64,000 bases of DNA from Desulfobaccales bacterium (lineage in GTDB: Bacteria > Desulfobacterota > Desulfobaccia > Desulfobaccales > 0-14-0-80-60-11): positions 577,721 through 641,720 of the forward strand of contig JBAUPV010000030.1 in NCBI GenBank assembly GCA_049580385.1. Direction: 5' to 3'. The notes beneath the pieces were generated by a model, which was not told the DNA's origin, searched no databases, and saw only the letters and a list, made by a program, of their open reading frames with translations. A program made the position numbers and the translations under genes. This document shows positions 51,146 to 59,992 of the stretch, piece by piece (position 1 is the stretch's first letter; every line of letters begins with the position of its first letter).

Positions 51146-51736
51146 ATGGAAGAACCGATGGCAAAAGAGTCTTGCCTGAACAGCAGGCGCGGTTTCGTCA
51201 AGGGAGTCTTTGGAGGGTGTGCGGCGGTGTTGCTGTCCGGTGTGGTTGTCCCTTCTGCCTTCGCCGCTCCAGCGGGACCGGCCCGGCCTGGGAGCGATGC
51301 CGAACTGGCGGAATGGTCCAAACAGCGATTTCTTTTTCACTGGAACTGCTCCCAGGCGGTGCTGGAAGCCCTTGGTCCCAGGTATGGGCTCGATTACAAT
51401 TTGGCCGTGAAAATCGCCTGCGCCTTCGCCGCGGGTGAATGGAAGGGTAAGACCTGTGGCTCTTTCACCGCTGGTTACATGGCGATCGGTCTGGCGCATG
51501 GGGCGATCCCTAAGAAAGAAGACCATTATGACGTTAAGCCGGTCCATGAGCGGTTGGTGCGATTTGACCAAGCCATGCTGGCCGCCTTCGGCACCCTGGA
51601 CTGCAGCGCCTTGCTGGGTACGGACATGGGCACTCCCCAGGGGATTAAAGAGGCGGCTGACCGGGGAATGTTTACCAAGGTATGTCCCAAAACCGTAGTG
51701 GCGGCGGTGACTGGAATCCTGAAGATCAACGTCTGA
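51146..51736 (+). CDS. C_GCAxxG_C_C-family redox protein with Tat-type signal
   Basis: SRRGFVKGVFGGCAAVLLSGVVVPSAFA leader. NCSQAVLEAL, KTCGSFTAG and LDCSALL...VCPK Cys pattern. Confidence 0.65.
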   Translation: MEEPMAKESCLNSRRGFVKGVFGGCAAVLLSGVVVPSAFAAPAGPARPGSDAELAEWSKQRFLFHWNCSQAVLEALGPRYGLDYNLAVKIACAFAAGEWKGKTCGSFTAGYMAIGLAHGAIPKKEDHYDVKPVHERLVRFDQAMLAAFGTLDCSALLGTDMGTPQGIKEAADRGMFTKVCPKTVVAAVTGILKINV

Positions 51737-51870
51737 GGGTGTCGGTAGGGCGGGCCTCCGTGCAGGTGGGGCGGGCCTCCTTGCCCGCCATGTGGAGGCG
51801 GCCAGGGACGGCGCCCCACCCAAGCAAAGCGTAAAATCCAAGCCAGGCGCGGCGCAGGAAGGCAGAGGAG

Positions 51871-52398
51871 ATGAGAAGAACGATAAGAGAGCAAGCACCG
51901 GAAACGACCGTTTCCCTGGCGGACGCCCCGCTGGGGGGAATTGTTCTTTCCTTTACCGCCAAGGGGTTGGCAGCCCTCGATTTTGCCGAAGAGGCCGGCG
52001 AGATAGTCCGGGAGCGCACCTCCCTAGCAGAGACGGTTGCTCCCATGATCGGGAGGGTGGTCAAGGAACTGCGCGCCTTTTTTGCGGGAGCGCCTACGGA
52101 TTTTCGGGACCTGCCCCTGGACCTGCAGGGCACGCCCTTCCAACTCAGGGTCTGGCAGGAATTGCGCCGCATTCCCTGGGGCGCCACCATCTCCTACCGG
52201 GAATTGGCTCGACGGGCCGGCTCCCCCAAGGCCTTCCGGGCCGCGGGCCAAGCCAACGCCGTTAACCCCATCCCCATCATCATTCCCTGCCACCGGGTCA
52301 TCTCGGCCGACGGCGGGCTCGGCGGCTACAGCTCCGGCCTGTGGCGCAAATGCTGGCTCCTGAAGCACGAAGGAGTTAGGCAAAAAGGTTGTAGGTAA
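51871..52398 (+). CDS. ogt: Methylated-DNA--protein-cysteine methyltransferase
   Basis: Active site IIIPCHRVI. WGATISYRELA helix-turn-wing. Confidence 0.85.
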   Translation: MRRTIREQAPETTVSLADAPLGGIVLSFTAKGLAALDFAEEAGEIVRERTSLAETVAPMIGRVVKELRAFFAGAPTDFRDLPLDLQGTPFQLRVWQELRRIPWGATISYRELARRAGSPKAFRAAGQANAVNPIPIIIPCHRVISADGGLGGYSSGLWRKCWLLKHEGVRQKGCR

Positions 52399-52435
52399 AA
52401 ATAGGGGTGCGGCCCCACCGGCGCCCAGCGCCACC

Positions 52436-53404
52436 CTAGGCCCTTACATGGCCCTGCACCTCGTAACCCTCTTCTTGGAGCTTCCCGGCGAAATAGGGAA
52501 TGGTCTGCTTCAGCCCCTGCTCCAGGGAAATCTCGGGTTGCCAGCCCAATAAGTCCCTGGCCCTGGAAATATCCGGGCGGCGCCGCCCCGGGTCGTCGGG
52601 CGGCAGAGGCCGATGGCTGATGGGCGAGGGGCTTTTCACCATCGATTTGACCTTGGTAGCCAGCTCCAGGATGGTAAATTCATCAGGGTTGCCCAGGTTC
52701 ACCGGGTCATGCACCCCCTCTTGGTTCATCAGGCGCACCAGGGCCTCCACCAGGTCGGAGACATAGCAAAAGGAGCGGGTCTGTTGGCCCTGGCCATAGA
52801 TGGTGATCTCGCCGCCGGTCAAGGCCTGGACGATGAAATTGCTCACCACCCGGCCGTCATTAATGGCCATCCGGGGACCGAAGGTGTTGAATATGCGGGC
52901 GATGCGGATATCTACCCCATTCTGGCGGTGATAATCCATCATCAGGGTTTCCGCCACCCTCTTGCCTTCGTCGTAGCAGCTCCGCACTCCTATACAGTTG
53001 ACGTTGCCCCAATATTCCTCTTTTTGGGGATGGACCAGGGGATCACCGTAGACCTCGGAGGTGGAGGCCAACAGGATGCGGGCCTTGACCCTTTTCGCCA
53101 GCCCCAGCATGTTGAGGGTTCCCAGGACATTAGTCTTGATAGTCTTCACCGGGTTGTATTGGTAGTGCACCGGCGAGGCGGGGCAGGCCAGGTGATAGAT
53201 CTGGTCCACCTCCAGCATGACGGCAGTGACCACGTCCTGGCGGATCAGCTCCAGGCGGGGATTGTCCCTCAGGGGGTCCAGGTTCTTCTTGGAGCCGGTG
53301 AAGTAATTGTCCAGACAAAGGACTTCATGGTTCTGGGCAAGGAGCCGCTCCACCAAATGGGAGCCGATGAATCCTGCCCCGCCGGTTACCAGCACGCGGG
53401 CCAT
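52436..53404 (-). CDS. UDP-glucuronate decarboxylase (UDP-xylose synthase), SDR family
   Basis: [17 protein letters not shown]...[12 protein letters not shown]...STSEVYG...YDEGKR. Start set at the ATG at 53404 after GGAAGGAG. Confidence 0.85.
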   Translation of the reverse strand: MARVLVTGGAGFIGSHLVERLLAQNHEVLCLDNYFTGSKKNLDPLRDNPRLELIRQDVVTAVMLEVDQIYHLACPASPVHYQYNPVKTIKTNVLGTLNMLGLAKRVKARILLASTSEVYGDPLVHPQKEEYWGNVNCIGVRSCYDEGKRVAETLMMDYHRQNGVDIRIARIFNTFGPRMAINDGRVVSNFIVQALTGGEITIYGQGQQTRSFCYVSDLVEALVRLMNQEGVHDPVNLGNPDEFTILELATKVKSMVKSPSPISHRPLPPDDPGRRRPDISRARDLLGWQPEISLEQGLKQTIPYFAGKLQEEGYEVQGHVRA

Positions 53405-53554
53405 AATTGCCGTTCTCCTTCCCTCGAATAATTGCCCCCCATTGTAACCTCCCCGGGCCGCCAGGTAAATTCCAGATTGACACAATCCCCAAATAACTGA
53501 GAATATACGGGTATAGACGATGCCGCTTATCCTTATTTAGCGTGGGGTGAAACT

Positions 53555-54139
53555 ATGCTTGGGCGCACGGAACGGCTTAGCTTTCCAGGGTTGCGATCCT
53601 GGGGAAAACCCTTCTTGTTTCTGGCGATGGCCTTGCTGCTGGCCGGCTGTTCCCAGAAATCCCAAAAATCCGCTGAGGAATTGCGAGGCGAGATTCAGGA
53701 TCTCAAAAAGGAAGTCAAATCCATGCAGGAGAAGTTGGACAAATTGCAGGCCAACCAACAGGCCATGCTGGCCCTCCTGCAGAAACCCGTCCAGCCGCCG
53801 CCGGCCGCGGAGTTAGTTCCGCCGCCGCCTCCGCAGCCGCCGCCTCCGCAGATTCTGACGGTCAGCCAGTTGCTGGCCAACAAGGACCGCCTCCTGGGCA
53901 GCCGGGTCACGGTGAGGGGCATGCCGGGACCGGTGATTATGCACCACAAGTCCTTGCTCCTGCTGGCCCCGGAAGGGATGGTGGAGGTCCTCCTGGGCAG
54001 CCTCCCGGATGAAAAATTGGTGGCCCGCCTCACCTCCACCCCCCTGGAGAAGCCGATAACCGTCACCGGGGTTGTGGGCCCGCCGGCCCCGGATTCCAGC
54101 GCCAAGCTGGCAATCACCGCCGAGGCCGTGGATTTCTGA
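53555..54139 (+). CDS. Hypothetical lipoprotein with coiled-coil and Pro-rich linker
   Basis: Lipobox LLLAGC. EELRGEIQDLKKEVKSMQEKLDKLQ, then PPPPQPPPPQ. Confidence 0.6.
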   Translation: MLGRTERLSFPGLRSWGKPFLFLAMALLLAGCSQKSQKSAEELRGEIQDLKKEVKSMQEKLDKLQANQQAMLALLQKPVQPPPAAELVPPPPPQPPPPQILTVSQLLANKDRLLGSRVTVRGMPGPVIMHHKSLLLLAPEGMVEVLLGSLPDEKLVARLTSTPLEKPITVTGVVGPPAPDSSAKLAITAEAVDF

Positions 54140-54156
54140 GGAGGAATGAACCTCCG

Positions 54157-55572
54157 GTGTCGGCCTGGCGCACCATAAGCCGGCGGCTGTTGAGTAAAAA
54201 GCCGGTTGTCTCTGGCCGCGGCCTGACCCTGAGCCGCAGCCTGAATCGTCTGGACCTGATGGTCATGGGGGTGGCCCAGATCATCGGCGCCGGCATCTTC
54301 GTCATCTCCGGCGTGGGCATCCGGATCGCCGGGCCGGGGATGCTCCTCTCCCTGCTGCTGGCGGGAACCGCCTGCACCCTGGCGGCCCTGTGCTATGCCG
54401 AGTTGGCGGCCATGATGCCCCTGGCCGGCAGCGTTTACACATACGCCTACGGCATCTTCGGGGAGCTGGCCGCCTGGATCATCGGCTGGGACCTGATCCT
54501 GGAATACGGCATGGGCGCGGCCACGGTGGCCTCCGGCTGGTCCAGCTACCTGCAGGACCTGATGCTGGGATTCGGTTGGCGCCTGCCTCAATGGGCCAGC
54601 GGCCCGCCCTTCAGCCAGCCGGGCCGGGTGCTCAATCTGCCCGCGGCCCTGGTGGTCGCCGGGTTCGCGGTCCTGCTCATCCTCCGCACCCGCATCAGCG
54701 CCCTGATCGCCCGCGGCTTCGTAGTGGGGAAACTGACGGTGCTGGCCTTCATTATAGCCCTGGGGGCAGCCTTTGTGCGGCCGCACCACTGGCTGCCGCT
54801 GATGCCCAATGGCGCCGGCAGCATTATCGGGGCCTCCGCCCTGGTCTTTTTCGCCTACCTGGGCTTCGACGTGGTGGCCATCGCTGCCGAAGAAGCCCGC
54901 AATCCGGACCGGGATGTGCCTTTCGGCATTATCGGCTCCCTGGTCGTTTGCAGCCTCATCTACCTGGCGGCGGTATTGGTGCTGCTGGGCATGGTTCCCT
55001 ACGCCCAGGTGAACCCGGGCTCTCCCTTTTCCAGCGCTTTTCGCCAGGTGGGCCTGCCCTGGGCTGCGGCCCTGGTGGGGGTGGGAGCCCTGGTCGGCAT
55101 CACCGGTGTCCTGTACATGCTAATGTGGGCCCAGCCGCGGTTGCTGTTCGCCATGGCCCGGGATGGCCTCCTACCCCCATGGGTGTCGGCTCTACACCCC
55201 CGCTTCCAAACCCCATACCGCTCAACAATTTGCTGCGGGGCCGGGGTGGCCCTGGTGGCCTCCCTCACCCCCATAGAGAAGCTGGCCTATCTCTGCAACA
55301 TCGGCACCCTGTTCGCCTTCTTTTTGGTGTGCCTGGGGGTTCTGGTCCTGCGCCTGGTCCAGCCGGAGGAGCCCCGCCCTTTCCGCTGCCCCTGGGGCAA
55401 GACCGTGGCCGTGGCCGGGGCCCTGGTCTGCCTGGCCCTGATGCTTTCCATGCCGGCCAGTTCCTGGTGGCGGTTAGTGCTGTGGCTCCTGGCGGGATTG
55501 ACGGTCTATTTCCTGTACGCCTATCGAAGCGGCCACTTCCGGGAGGACGAGGGTCGGGGTGATGCAGATTAA
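54157..55572 (+). CDS. APC-family amino-acid permease
   Basis: 471 aa, 12-13 TM. GVAQIIGAGIFVISG and AFFAYLGFDVVAIAAEEARNPDRDVP family blocks. GTG start. Confidence 0.85.
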   Translation: MSAWRTISRRLLSKKPVVSGRGLTLSRSLNRLDLMVMGVAQIIGAGIFVISGVGIRIAGPGMLLSLLLAGTACTLAALCYAELAAMMPLAGSVYTYAYGIFGELAAWIIGWDLILEYGMGAATVASGWSSYLQDLMLGFGWRLPQWASGPPFSQPGRVLNLPAALVVAGFAVLLILRTRISALIARGFVVGKLTVLAFIIALGAAFVRPHHWLPLMPNGAGSIIGASALVFFAYLGFDVVAIAAEEARNPDRDVPFGIIGSLVVCSLIYLAAVLVLLGMVPYAQVNPGSPFSSAFRQVGLPWAAALVGVGALVGITGVLYMLMWAQPRLLFAMARDGLLPPWVSALHPRFQTPYRSTICCGAGVALVASLTPIEKLAYLCNIGTLFAFFLVCLGVLVLRLVQPEEPRPFRCPWGKTVAVAGALVCLALMLSMPASSWWRLVLWLLAGLTVYFLYAYRSGHFREDEGRGDAD

Positions 55573-55691
55573 CAGGGAGGGAATCATAGGGGGAGGCCAG
55601 GCGCCAGCGGCCCCGGGGCCTTGATGATGGACCCGCCATCGAGCCTTGGCGGCGCCGGTCTTGGAAAAATTACCCCAAAGCCTCAGGGGAT

Positions 55692-56123
55692 CTAAACCGG
55701 CTTATTCACCAGCAGCCAGTAGAAGCCCATCTCCGCCACGGTCTTGGCGAAGGACTCGAATTCCACCGGCTTGACCACGTAGCTGTTCACCCCCAGGCGA
55801 TAGCACTCCTCGATATCCCGGTCTTCGTGGGATGAGGTCAGGACCACCACCGGAATGGTCCGGGTGCGCTCGTCGTCCTTCAGCCTCTGGAGCACCTCCA
55901 GGCCACTCACCTTGGGAAGCTTCAGGTCCAGGAGAATCACCTTCAGGTGGTTGGCCTGCCCGGCGAACGAGCCGGTGTTGAAGATAAAATCGAGGGCCTC
56001 GGCGCCGTCCTTGACCACCTGCACCCGGTTGGCCAGATTGTGTTTCTGCAGGGAACGCAAGGTGAGTTCCACGTCGTGGGGGTTGTCCTCTACCAGCAGT
56101 ATCTCCGCATCCTTATAATTCAT
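55692..56123 (-). CDS. Single-domain response regulator (CheY-like)
   Basis: 143 aa. [10 protein letters not shown]...LLDLKLPK...VVVLTSS...VVKP. Confidence 0.85.
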   Translation of the reverse strand: MNYKDAEILLVEDNPHDVELTLRSLQKHNLANRVQVVKDGAEALDFIFNTGSFAGQANHLKVILLDLKLPKVSGLEVLQRLKDDERTRTIPVVVLTSSHEDRDIEECYRLGVNSYVVKPVEFESFAKTVAEMGFYWLLVNKPV

Positions 56124-56174
56124 GGCATTTCCAGATGGCGCCGGATTTTCCCAACCCGGCGCCGGTCTCGTCCC

Positions 56175-56750
56175 TTAAAGATTTTTTAGATCGCCCAGGG
56201 TAAACAGCGCCTCAACCTGGGGGACGGCCGCGGCCACCGCTTCCCGGCCCCCTTCCTGCCGGTCCACCAGGATCAGGACCTTGACTACCTGGAGACCGAA
56301 GTCCCGGGCCGCGGCAATGGCCTTGAGCGTGGACCCCCCGGTGGTGATGACGTCTTCCAGGATCACCACCCGGTCTCCGGGCCGGACGTCACCCACCAGC
56401 AGTCCGCCGGCGCCGTGATCCTTGGCCTGTTTGCGCACCGAGAAGGCGCCTACGGGCCGGCCCTTGAGAAAGCTGGTGAGGGCGACGGCGTGGGCGATGG
56501 GGTCCGCGCCCAGGGTGAGGCCGCCCACCGCCTCCACCTCTAGACCCCGGAGCATCTCCCAAAAAATCTCGCCGATGAGAGATAGGCCCTCAGCATTATG
56601 GGTGGTGGGCCGGCAGTCTATATAGTAGGGACTCTCCCGCCCGGACGCCAGCCTAAAGGGTTGCTGGGGACGGTAGTAATAAGATTTTTGCCTGAGGAGC
56701 TGCCGCAATCTTTCCTTGCGCAGGTCTGTTTCGCCTTCCCGGCTGCTCAT
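56175..56750 (-). CDS. pyrE: Orotate phosphoribosyltransferase
   Basis: PRPP-binding motif VVILEDVITTGGS. Start set at the ATG at 56750. Confidence 0.8.
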   Translation of the reverse strand: MSSREGETDLRKERLRQLLRQKSYYYRPQQPFRLASGRESPYYIDCRPTTHNAEGLSLIGEIFWEMLRGLEVEAVGGLTLGADPIAHAVALTSFLKGRPVGAFSVRKQAKDHGAGGLLVGDVRPGDRVVILEDVITTGGSTLKAIAAARDFGLQVVKVLILVDRQEGGREAVAAAVPQVEALFTLGDLKNL

Positions 56751-56897
56751 AACTATTTGCCCCCGTCCCGGCTTAACAAATGGGCCCGGTTCCCATCTAA
56801 TTAAACAAATTGGCGCTGCCGGCCTTGGAGTTGGCCGGAGAACGCCGCCGCCCTGCAGCACGGCAAGACCGGGCTGAAGGGCCTGAAGGGGGAAAAA

Positions 56898-56978
56898 ATG
56901 GCCCTGGGAATCTTGGTCTATTGGACTTCACTCAGTTACCTCTACCTCAACTTGCTCGTCTGGTGGGCTGCCAGATAG
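56898..56978 (+). CDS. 26-aa hydrophobic mini-ORF (uncertain)
   Basis: Hand translation: MALGILVYWTSLSYLYLNLLVWWAAR. GAAGGGGGA lies upstream of the ATG. Not in the ORF track because it is under 60 aa. Confidence 0.3.
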   Translation: MALGILVYWTSLSYLYLNLLVWWAAR

Positions 56979-57093
56979 ATAAGCCGCCAGGTTAAAGGCA
57001 ACGGAAACCTGGGCCGTCACCAAAGGACCGCAGCCCTGGCCCGGGTTACTGGAACCACCACTCACCCCCAGCCCTGAGCTTAAGGAGGCAGGA

Positions 57094-57192
57094 ATGAGAG
57101 TTCTGGCCAGCAGAATCGGGATTTGGATGTTCGTGCTTTTCGGCCTCATCTGCCTGGTGAGCCTGCTCCAGAAGAGTTTCGTCTACTGGTGA
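57094..57192 (+). CDS. 32-aa single-TM mini-protein (uncertain)
   Basis: Hand translation: MRVLASRIGIWMFVLFGLICLVSLLQKSFVYW. Strong SD TAAGGAGG 5 nt before the ATG. The 3' end overlaps the convergent NUDIX gene by 10 nt. Confidence 0.45.
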   Translation: MRVLASRIGIWMFVLFGLICLVSLLQKSFVYW

Positions 57193-57755
57193 TCCCCCAA
57201 TTCCTTGAGCCTGAAATATTCGTCCAGGATGCTCTTGGTGGCGCGGAAGGGAATCTGGTCCCAGGGGATCTCACCAATGGCAAAGACCCCGATATCCAGG
57301 ACTTCCTCCCCCGGGGCCATTTGCCCTTCCAGATATTCGGTCAGATAGGCGACCACCACGGTGTCGCTGTCCTTGTAGGAGTAAACCCCCAGGAGCCGGT
57401 CCACCCGCACCTTTAGGTTGGCCTCCTCCTCAACCTCACGCACCACCGCCTCCTCCAACAACTCCCCCACATCCATGAAGCCGCCGGGCAACACCCAGAG
57501 GCCGTAGCCCGGGTGCACGGCGCGGCGCGTCATGACCACCCCGCCATCCTTGGGGACCACGGCAATGACCGCCACCTTGGGGTCTTCATAGAGGACGTAC
57601 CGGCAAACATGGCATACCAGCCGCTCCGGGCCTGCGGACTTAACGATGCGCCTTTCCAAAGGCCCGCCGCACTGGGGGCAGAACTTGTAGGTGTGGGTCG
57701 ATTTAAAGGCCACTTCCCTTGCCTTTTTCTGATTAGAGAGCAACCAGAAGGCCAA
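57183..57755 (-). CDS. NUDIX hydrolase with N-terminal zinc ribbon
   Basis: CPQCGG...CHVCRY zinc ribbon. Nudix box GGFMDVGELLEEAVVREVEEEANL. Confidence 0.85.
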   Translation of the reverse strand: MAFWLLSNQKKAREVAFKSTHTYKFCPQCGGPLERRIVKSAGPERLVCHVCRYVLYEDPKVAVIAVVPKDGGVVMTRRAVHPGYGLWVLPGGFMDVGELLEEAVVREVEEEANLKVRVDRLLGVYSYKDSDTVVVAYLTEYLEGQMAPGEEVLDIGVFAIGEIPWDQIPFRATKSILDEYFRLKELGDHQ

Positions 57756-57875
57756 ATGAGCCTTGCTAAATCAGCATAGGGGTCAGTAGTGTCCGTCCAG
57801 GTTTTTGCTAATCTGCCGTGTAATCTGGGCTGCCGAATCTTCTTTATTTAACTTATGGAGTTATGTTGTTTTTTC

Positions 57876-57969
57876 CCCTCTCCCCCAAAATGGGGGAGAG
57901 GGCAGGGTGAGGGGGAAGTAATCAGTTGCCACCCCTCACCCCAGCCCTCTCCCCTCACAGGGGAGAGGG
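57876..57969. repeat. Cluster of three GC-rich hairpins
   Basis: CCCTCTCCCCC-AAAAT-GGGGGAGAGGG (57876-57902). GGGTGAGGGG...CCCCTCACCC (57905-57941). CCCTCTCCCC-TCACA-GGGGAGAGGG (57945-57969). The outer two share the same arms. Confidence 0.75.
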
Positions 57970-58035
57970 AGTTTTGGCGTTTCCGGGCTGCCCCCGTCTT
58001 CTCTGTCTTAATGCTTACTGCCACATTTTCAATCT

Positions 58036-59154
58036 TCATTCGCCGGCCCTTATCCAAAATCTCTGCCGGACACTACTCGCCAGGGGTCCGGTTTGCCAGG
58101 GCAAACCCCCGGGCCGACCCGGCGGGGCCTCTTTAGGCAAGGCAACCGCGGCTGACTCCCTTGGCCTCGTGGCGGCAAGTTTGGCCTGGATCACCTCGCT
58201 GTTTGGCTCATTAACGCCGGAAACCACGCTGAGGGGCGTGGGGCAAAAGGTCAGGGCGAATACCAAAATGGTGAAGAAGCCGAGCCAGCGCCGGCGAGTG
58301 TCCAGGGGCAACCAATAGTAGGACGGCGGGGGATGGCGCCATCCCATGAAGCTGAGCAGTACGGCCCATATCAGCCAACCATACCAGAAAATCAGTCCGC
58401 AGGCCACCAGCAGCCCCAGGAAGACCAGGGAAATTCGGCGATGGTATTCCGGGACCAGGGCATAGCTGACGTGGCCGCCGTCCAGTTGGCCCACCGGGAT
58501 CAGGTTCAGGGAGGTGACCAACATCCCGATCCAACCGGCAAAGGCCACCGGATGCAGGATGACCTGCGCCTGCGGCGACAAATTGCCGAAGGCCAGCCAG
58601 CTCAGTAACTGGTATAAGAGAGGCTCGCCCAAGGCCAGCATTTCATGGCCGCCTTGCATCACCGTGACGGTGGAGAGTTTCAGGCCCACCAGGGTCACCG
58701 GGATGGAGACCGCCACTCCGATCAACGGCCCGGCGCAACCCACGTCCATCAAGGCCCGCTTGTCCTGGATGGGGGAACGGATGCGGATAAAGGCCCCAAA
58801 GGTGCCGATGAAGAAGGGGATGGGTGGAGCCGGGATGAAGAAGGGCAGGGTCACCGCCAGCTGGTGGCGCCGGGACACCAGATAGTGTCCCATTTCGTGG
58901 GCCCCCAGGATCAGCAGCAGGGTGAAAGAAAACGGCACTCCCCGGTAAAGGAGCCCAGGTTCGGTCAAGGGGTTTACCCCTTGCTGAATGGCCCCGGCGG
59001 CGATGGTCGTAGCGACGGTCGCCAAAAACAATACCAGGGGCAGGGCCAGCCGCCGCGGGCTTAGCGGTCCGGGCGCCCGGGGGCTGGCCGGGCCGGGCCC
59101 TGCTCCCCTCGCTTCCGGCGCCTGGGGGGGCCAGAGGGTGGGGTCCGGCGTCAT
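58036..59154 (-). CDS. Site-2 protease family (peptidase M50) membrane metalloprotease
   Basis: HEMGHYLVSRRH (HExxH) in a TM segment, downstream NLIPVGQLDGGH. The start at ATG 59154 forms an ATGA overlap with the upstream gene's stop. Confidence 0.8.
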   Translation of the reverse strand: MTPDPTLWPPQAPEARGAGPGPASPRAPGPLSPRRLALPLVLFLATVATTIAAGAIQQGVNPLTEPGLLYRGVPFSFTLLLILGAHEMGHYLVSRRHQLAVTLPFFIPAPPIPFFIGTFGAFIRIRSPIQDKRALMDVGCAGPLIGVAVSIPVTLVGLKLSTVTVMQGGHEMLALGEPLLYQLLSWLAFGNLSPQAQVILHPVAFAGWIGMLVTSLNLIPVGQLDGGHVSYALVPEYHRRISLVFLGLLVACGLIFWYGWLIWAVLLSFMGWRHPPPSYYWLPLDTRRRWLGFFTILVFALTFCPTPLSVVSGVNEPNSEVIQAKLAATRPRESAAVALPKEAPPGRPGGLPWQTGPLASSVRQRFWIRAGE

Positions 59155-59879
59155 TTCAGCCCCACCATTTGTCTTAAGGCCGCCATCTCCGGCGCCGTCA
59201 GCAGGCGATAGCTGGCCCGGGCCAGCCTTCCCAGGCGCAAAGGGCCGAAGGCGATGCGCTTCAGCTTCAACACCGGATGCCCGACCTTTTCCAGGAGGCG
59301 CTTCACCAGATGGTGGCGGCCCTCCCATACCGTGAGCTCCAAAACGGTCTTATCCTCCTGCCGTTTAATGACCTCCACCTCGGCGGCCACCCGCCTGCCG
59401 TCGATGGAGACGCCAGCTCTCAACTCCGCCAGGACCCGGCGCTCCACCTGTCCGGCTACCGTCAGCCGGTAGCTGCGGGGCACCTGGTGGCTGGGGTGCG
59501 TCAGCCGGTGGGCCAACTCCCCGTCGCTGCTGAGGAGCAGCAAGCCGGTGGCGTCATAATCGAGACGGCCCACCGGATAGAGGCGGCCCCGGAGATCTTC
59601 CGGCAACAGATCCATCACCAGCCGCCGCCCCTGGGGATCCCGCCGGGTGCAGATAAAGCCGTAGGGCTTGTGCAGCACCACGGTCAGCGGCGGGGCTGCC
59701 GCGGAGACCGGGCGGTCGTCCAGAAGCACCACCTCCCGGGCCGGATCCACCCTGGTGCCCATCTCGGTAACCACCCGGCCGTTGACCCTGACCCGGCCGG
59801 CCCGGATCAACTCCTCCGCCGCTCGTCGGGAAGCCACCCCGGCCCGCGACAGGAATTTTTGCAGACGCTCTTCCGACAT
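59151..59879 (-). CDS. Pseudouridine synthase, RsuA/RluB family (S4 domain + catalytic domain)
   Basis: S4 domain RLQKFLSRAGVASRRAAEELIRAGRVRVNG. Catalytic motif YPVGRLDYDATGLLLLS. Start set at the ATG at 59879. Confidence 0.85.
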   Translation of the reverse strand: MSEERLQKFLSRAGVASRRAAEELIRAGRVRVNGRVVTEMGTRVDPAREVVLLDDRPVSAAAPPLTVVLHKPYGFICTRRDPQGRRLVMDLLPEDLRGRLYPVGRLDYDATGLLLLSSDGELAHRLTHPSHQVPRSYRLTVAGQVERRVLAELRAGVSIDGRRVAAEVEVIKRQEDKTVLELTVWEGRHHLVKRLLEKVGHPVLKLKRIAFGPLRLGRLARASYRLLTAPEMAALRQMVGLK

Positions 59880-59880
59880 A

Positions 59881-59975
59881 AGTAAAAAGTAAAAAGTAAA
59901 AATCGGTTTCTCTGTACACTCTGCGCCTCTGCGGTGAGAAATAAGAACGGGGTTCACCGCAGAGACGCAGAGGAC
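59881..59975. repeat. AGTAAAA x3 heptamer array plus a 20-bp imperfect inverted repeat (REP-like)
   Basis: AGTAAAAAGTAAAAAGTAAAA at 59881-59901. CTCTGCGCCTCTGCGGTGAG (59919-59938) against TTCACCGCAGAGACGCAGAGG (59953-59973), with CGCAGAG iterated three times. Confidence 0.7.
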
Positions 59976-59992
59976 GCAGAGGTAAGAGCCTT

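Noticed and set aside
51074-52434. ORFs 51074-51898 (-), 51726-52190 (-) and 52024-52434 (-), opposite the C_GCAxxG_C_C and ogt genes
   Set aside because: Shadow frames. The plus-strand genes carry a Tat leader and the PCHRV active site.
53695-55562. 364-aa minus-strand ORF and 390-aa plus-strand alternative-frame ORF over the lipoprotein and APC permease genes
   Set aside because: Extreme G/P/R/A bias. The 54157-55572 frame gives a coherent 12-TM permease.
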